From: the human T2T-CHM13v2.0 reference genome, Homo sapiens | Assembly: GCF_009914755.1 (NCBI RefSeq) | Contig: NC_060940.1 | Length of the DNA stretch: 64,000 bases | Direction: 5' to 3' (one strand) | Shown here: piece after piece, positions 59,477-64,000 of the stretch | Layout of the letters: every line of letters begins with the position of its first letter | Position numbering within the stretch: position 1 is the first letter of the stretch | Program-made: the position numbers and the translations under genes | The notes under the pieces: model-generated | Seen by the model: only the letters and a program-made list of their open reading frames with translations | What the model was told of the DNA's origin: nothing | Databases searched by the model: none

Positions 59477-60459
59477 GGAACTCTTGTTTTATTTTTGATT
59501 TTTAAAGGAAATGACTTTAACATGTCTTCATATTTTAAAAAGTTATCCTTGATCAGGTTAAGGAATTTTCACATGAATAGTTGGTTCTACTGAAATTTTT
59601 CCTGGATTTATTGAGATGATCATATGTTTTTTCTTCTTTAATGGGGTAGTATAGTAAATTGAATCACTGGATTTTGTAATGTTAAACCAACCTTGCATTC
59701 CTGGAATAAACTCAACCTCATTATATCTTATCTTTTTATGCTTTGCTGGATTCAGTTTGTTAATATTTTGGTGAATGTTTTACATTTATATTTTTGAATT
59801 AATGAGTGTGAAATGGCCTGAAATCTTTATGTCTGTGACCTGGTTTAATGGGTTTTGGTATAAAAATTAAGTTAGTTTTATAAAATAAGTTGGGTAATAT
59901 TGTCTTTTATATTTTTCTCTGAAAAGAGTTTAAGTTTGAAATTATTTATTTCTTAAATCATTGGATGAACTCTTCTGTATCTATCAGGACTTAGCGGGTT
60001 CTTAAAAATGGGGATATTTGAAACTATTTCTTTAATGGTTATAAGACCATTTAGATTTCTTTTTTTATAAAAGTCAGTTTTGGCAAGTTGTATTTTTCTA
60101 AGAATTTGTCCATTTTATCTAAGGCTATTCAGAAGTATGTTTTAAAATGTCTAAGCCTGTGTTTTTGTTTACTTGTTTGTTTCTTGTTATCTATTTGCTA
60201 TTGATTTCTGACAGAACAGATTCTTTGTTGAGATCTGCTTTAAGCCCTAGTATACAGTAATTTTTCATAACTGTAGCATGGGACCAGAAGATTTTTTTTA
60301 GTGCAGTGTTCTACATATGTCAATTATAGTAAGTCTATTAAATGCATTCAAATTGTCTATAATAGAGTTGTTTGCTAGAACTTTAAGCAATGATAGAAAT
60401 ATTCTCTATCTGTGCTGTCCAATACATAGCCACTAGCCACATGTGGCCAACTAGTACTT

Positions 60460-60743
60460 GAGAGGTAATTTGGTTTAGATGAGGTCATGAGGGTGAGACC
60501 AGCCTCACGGAATTAGTGCCCTTATAAGAAGGGACACCAGAGTGTTCTCTCTCTCCTTTTGCTATACGATCACATGGTGAGAAGGTGGCTGTCTACAAGT
60601 CAGGAGGATAGCCTTCATCAGAACTTGGCTATGCTGGCACTGTGATCTCAGACTACCAGTCTCCAGAACTGAGAAATAAATATCTCTTGTTTAAGTCACA
60701 CACTCTATGATATTTTGTTACGGCAGCCTGAGCTCAGTAATAT
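60460..60743 (+). mobile_element. MaLR LTR fragment (MLT1A-like)
   Basis: ggtttagatgaggtcatgaggg...attagtgcccttataaga...tattttgttacggcagcc. Confidence 0.75.
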
Positions 60744-62106
60744 AGTATAATACATTACACTTAAGTGTAGAAATTTCAACATTGCTTTGTGACTTAATGT
60801 AATTCTTAAATAGTAATTAGGCATCAGCTAACTCAGCCCTAGCTACAGATGTGAGGGTTCCTTGGAGGAAGCCCAGGAACTAATGGGGCTGGGAAGAAGG
60901 AGAAAGAAGGACTCCTTTACACTTTCTTTCACTCAGCATGTCTGTTCTGAAGTGATTTACATAAAAAGTGTTCTGCTGTAAAAAGCCTGAACACAACTGT
61001 GTTAAATAATACATATATATGTTTGTGTGTCTATTTGAGAATTTGCTTTATAGCAAACCTGATTAATTTATATATCATATGTAATACACCTATTATATTT
61101 AATTATAATTATACATGTATTTCAAGTCTATTTAAATAAGTGATATTCCTTCTCAAGGAGCAAAGTAAACCTATAGATCTTAGATATTTGATATTGCCCC
61201 TCCCTCAATGACAGTGAACCAAACTGTAGGAATGATGTCTAGAAGAAAAAACAATTCCACCCCTATGACATGGGGCTGAACTTGAATTTCCAAACCTGTT
61301 AATATAAGGACAGAGTCAGAGGTTTCAAGCCCTTCGGAACAGATGCAGGATGGCTTCTCCAAGAGCTACCTACTTCCTCCCCTAAAGGATGGTCAGTTAG
61401 AAGCTGGTGATGAACCTGTGGGCAGAATCCCATGGCAAGGCAACAGCCCCACAGGAACAGTCTACCCAGTCTGTGGCAACAAGTAGGGAATATTGCCCTC
61501 CTGTGATGGTATCGTGGCCTCAAAAGAGAGGGTCAATGGGAAAGAGTAGCAGGAAGCAGGCTTTGCTGCCAACATGCTCCCTGGTGGGGCCTCACCCAGT
61601 TAAGGCAAAAACTAAGAGGATCCCTGAGGTTCCTGATAACTCTGGTATGGAGCCAGCCAGGCCAAGGAAATCCTCAGTTCCTGCCTGAATCAGGAACCAC
61701 TGGCTATCACAGGCAGTTGGGGTATGATTATCACTAAAAATCCCCTGTAGGGCACAGTCTCAGGATGAGAGCTCCCACCTCTAGCAGCTCTCACATGTTG
61801 ATTCAGGGACTCAGGATAAGGCTGGGAGCCACCACCCAGAGGATCCTTCCCTCCACCCTGCACTCAGCCCTCTAGGGGCAGCAGGCGTCTCTTCACCCTG
61901 CTGGGACTGATCATCTAGCCCGCCCCAGCAGACCCCGTCAGTATTCCCACCAGATTTCTTCACTGGGTAATATTTGCAAGGCTGAGGAGTAGAGGGCAAA
62001 GTGCTGAACTGTGGAACAAACAGTAGCTGTGGATTTGTATGAACCTCTTGTTTCCTCATTCAGCTTATAAACTCTTGATGGGAAAAGACTGTGCTTCCTA
62101 CTTATC

Positions 62107-62233
62107 CTCACCCCACCCCTTTCTCTCCCTCTCTCCCTGTCTCTTCCCTCCCTCCCTCCCTCCCTTCCTCTATCCCTCTCTTCTCTTCTTCTTGCCCTTT
62201 TCCCTGCCTCCGTCCCTCCCTTCCTTCCTTCCC
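62107..62233. repeat. CT-rich low-complexity tract
   Basis: Direct reading. Confidence 0.85.
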
Positions 62234-62659
62234 ATTTTTATCTAGTGCTTATTTACTTCACTGTGCTGCCCTTCCCTTATTTGTAAAATCACAATAATAA
62301 CAGTGTTTCCTAAACAGCTGCCATGTAAATCAGCTTACTGAGAATATGAAGTGAAGCCATCTTTGGAAATGTCTGGCACACAGTCACTGCTTATCCACCC
62401 ACCTTGTGCCCCATGAACGGTTTCCATGTTTGTCTTTGGGGGCTCATCAATTCCATGCACAGCAGTAAGTCTTATTTATCTTTGTAGTCCCCATCACACA
62501 TAGCACAATATTCAGGTAGAGTGTTCAGAGAAGGTTCGTTTAAATATAAAATAGATATATAGTAATAAGATATACAGAAAAATTGGGCTTTGATATGTCA
62601 GTAGAAGACAGTGGTTAAAACAGGGGCTTTGCAGTCAGTGCAGAAATGGGGTCTTGGAC

Positions 62660-63458
62660 TTCTCAAAAGAAGATATAGCAGTGACCAAGAAATATGAAAA
62701 AACGTTCATTGTCACTAATAATCAGAGAAATGCAAATCAAAACCACAATGAGATAATGTCTCATACCAGTCAGAATGGCGATTATTGAAAAAATAACACG
62801 CTGGTGAGGCAGAGGAAAAAAGGGAATGCTTATACATTGTTGGTGGGAATATAAATTACTTCAGCCATTGTGAAAGCAGTTTGGAGACTTCCCAAATAAC
62901 TTAAAACAGGGCTACCATTTGACCCAGCAATTCCATTACTAGGTACAAACCCAAAGGAATATAAATTATTCTACCAAAAAGACACATGCACACATGCACT
63001 TATATGTTCATTGCAGTGCTAGTCACAATAGCAAAGACATGGAATCAATCCAGGTGCCCATCAACAAAGGATTGGATAAAGAAAATGTGGTACATAAACA
63101 CCATGAGTACTATGCAGCCATAAATCATACAGCAACATGGATGCAGCTGGAAGCCATAATCCTACATGAATTAATGCAGGAACAGAAAACCGAATACTAC
63201 ATGTTCTCACTTATAAGTGGGAGCTAAACACTGAGCACACATGGACATGAACAGGGGAACAACAGACACTATGAACTACTAGAGGGGGTAATAAGGGAGT
63301 GAGGCATGGGTTGAAAAACTACCTGTTGAGTAGTATGCTCAGTACCTGGGTGACGGGATCCATACCCCAAACTTTAGCCTCATGCAATATTGCCATGTAA
63401 CAAATCTGCACATGTATCCCCTGAATTTAAAATCAAAGTTGAAATGATTAACAAAAAC
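62660..63458 (+). mobile_element. Old L1PA/L1PB 3' end
   Basis: gaaatgcaaatcaaaaccacaatgagat ... ctcacttataagtgggagcta ... ctgcacatgtatcccctgaa. Confidence 0.85.
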
Positions 63459-64000
63459 AAATGGGGTCTGGGATCTGCTGTGTGGGCTCAGGTGCCTGGA
63501 CCCCTAAAAGCGGGTATTCATCCTCACTCTCTGGGGTTGCTGTATGACATGTAATGAGTTAGAATGATGCCTGGCACATGGTGGGTACTCAATCATAGTT
63601 ACTGCTATTGGTCAAGATTACGGCAGCTTCCTTTCATTGCTCCCAATAGCTCCATGTTGAAGATTTGGCCATATACATCTGTCTACAGGAAATATTTCCT
63701 ACTTGGACATATTCTTTGTGGTCTGGAAAGCTGTTAAAAGAGATTTTCCCAATGTAAAGATGTGAACTGTTCACACTGTACCGATGGTCTTACTCTAAGG
63801 CTTCAAAAATAGGCAGGTTGCCTTTCATACAGAAAACGGGAAGGTGCCTGCACAGCTGGTGCTTAGGGCTGCATGGTGACGGGGCTATTCTGGGAATGAA
63901 GTCTGGTTGTGAGTTGCTTTTCCACAGTGCCTGAGGAGTAAACCAGCTTATCAGGTCTCAGGGCATTGGTAAGGTGGTCTTGTTCCTCAAATACCCTTCC

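Overview
Primate (most likely human) genomic DNA lying entirely inside a large minus-strand gene. Eighteen GT-AG-flanked exons (47359 down to 7570) splice into one uninterrupted 2887-nt frame (962 codons plus 1 nt). I recognise the product as the middle of HYDIN, the axonemal central-pair protein: ASH/Ig-like domains followed by the adenylate-kinase-like P-loop region, roughly exons 24-41 (numbering from memory). The sequence alone cannot separate HYDIN (16q22) from its near-identical human duplicate HYDIN2 (1q21.1). The rest is intron filled with about 20 Alus, two 5'-inverted (twin-primed) L1PA insertions with TSDs, old L1M/L2/MIR relics, MaLR/ERV LTRs, hAT/Tigger MITEs and short tandem duplications. 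I found no convincing wholly new multi-gene system. The best leads are a coding exon that starts with a perfect 5' splice site (recursive-splicing candidate), an inverted L1 with apparently flank-templated filler, and inverted Alus bracketing an in-frame exon. Repeat subfamily names are from recall, not a database search.
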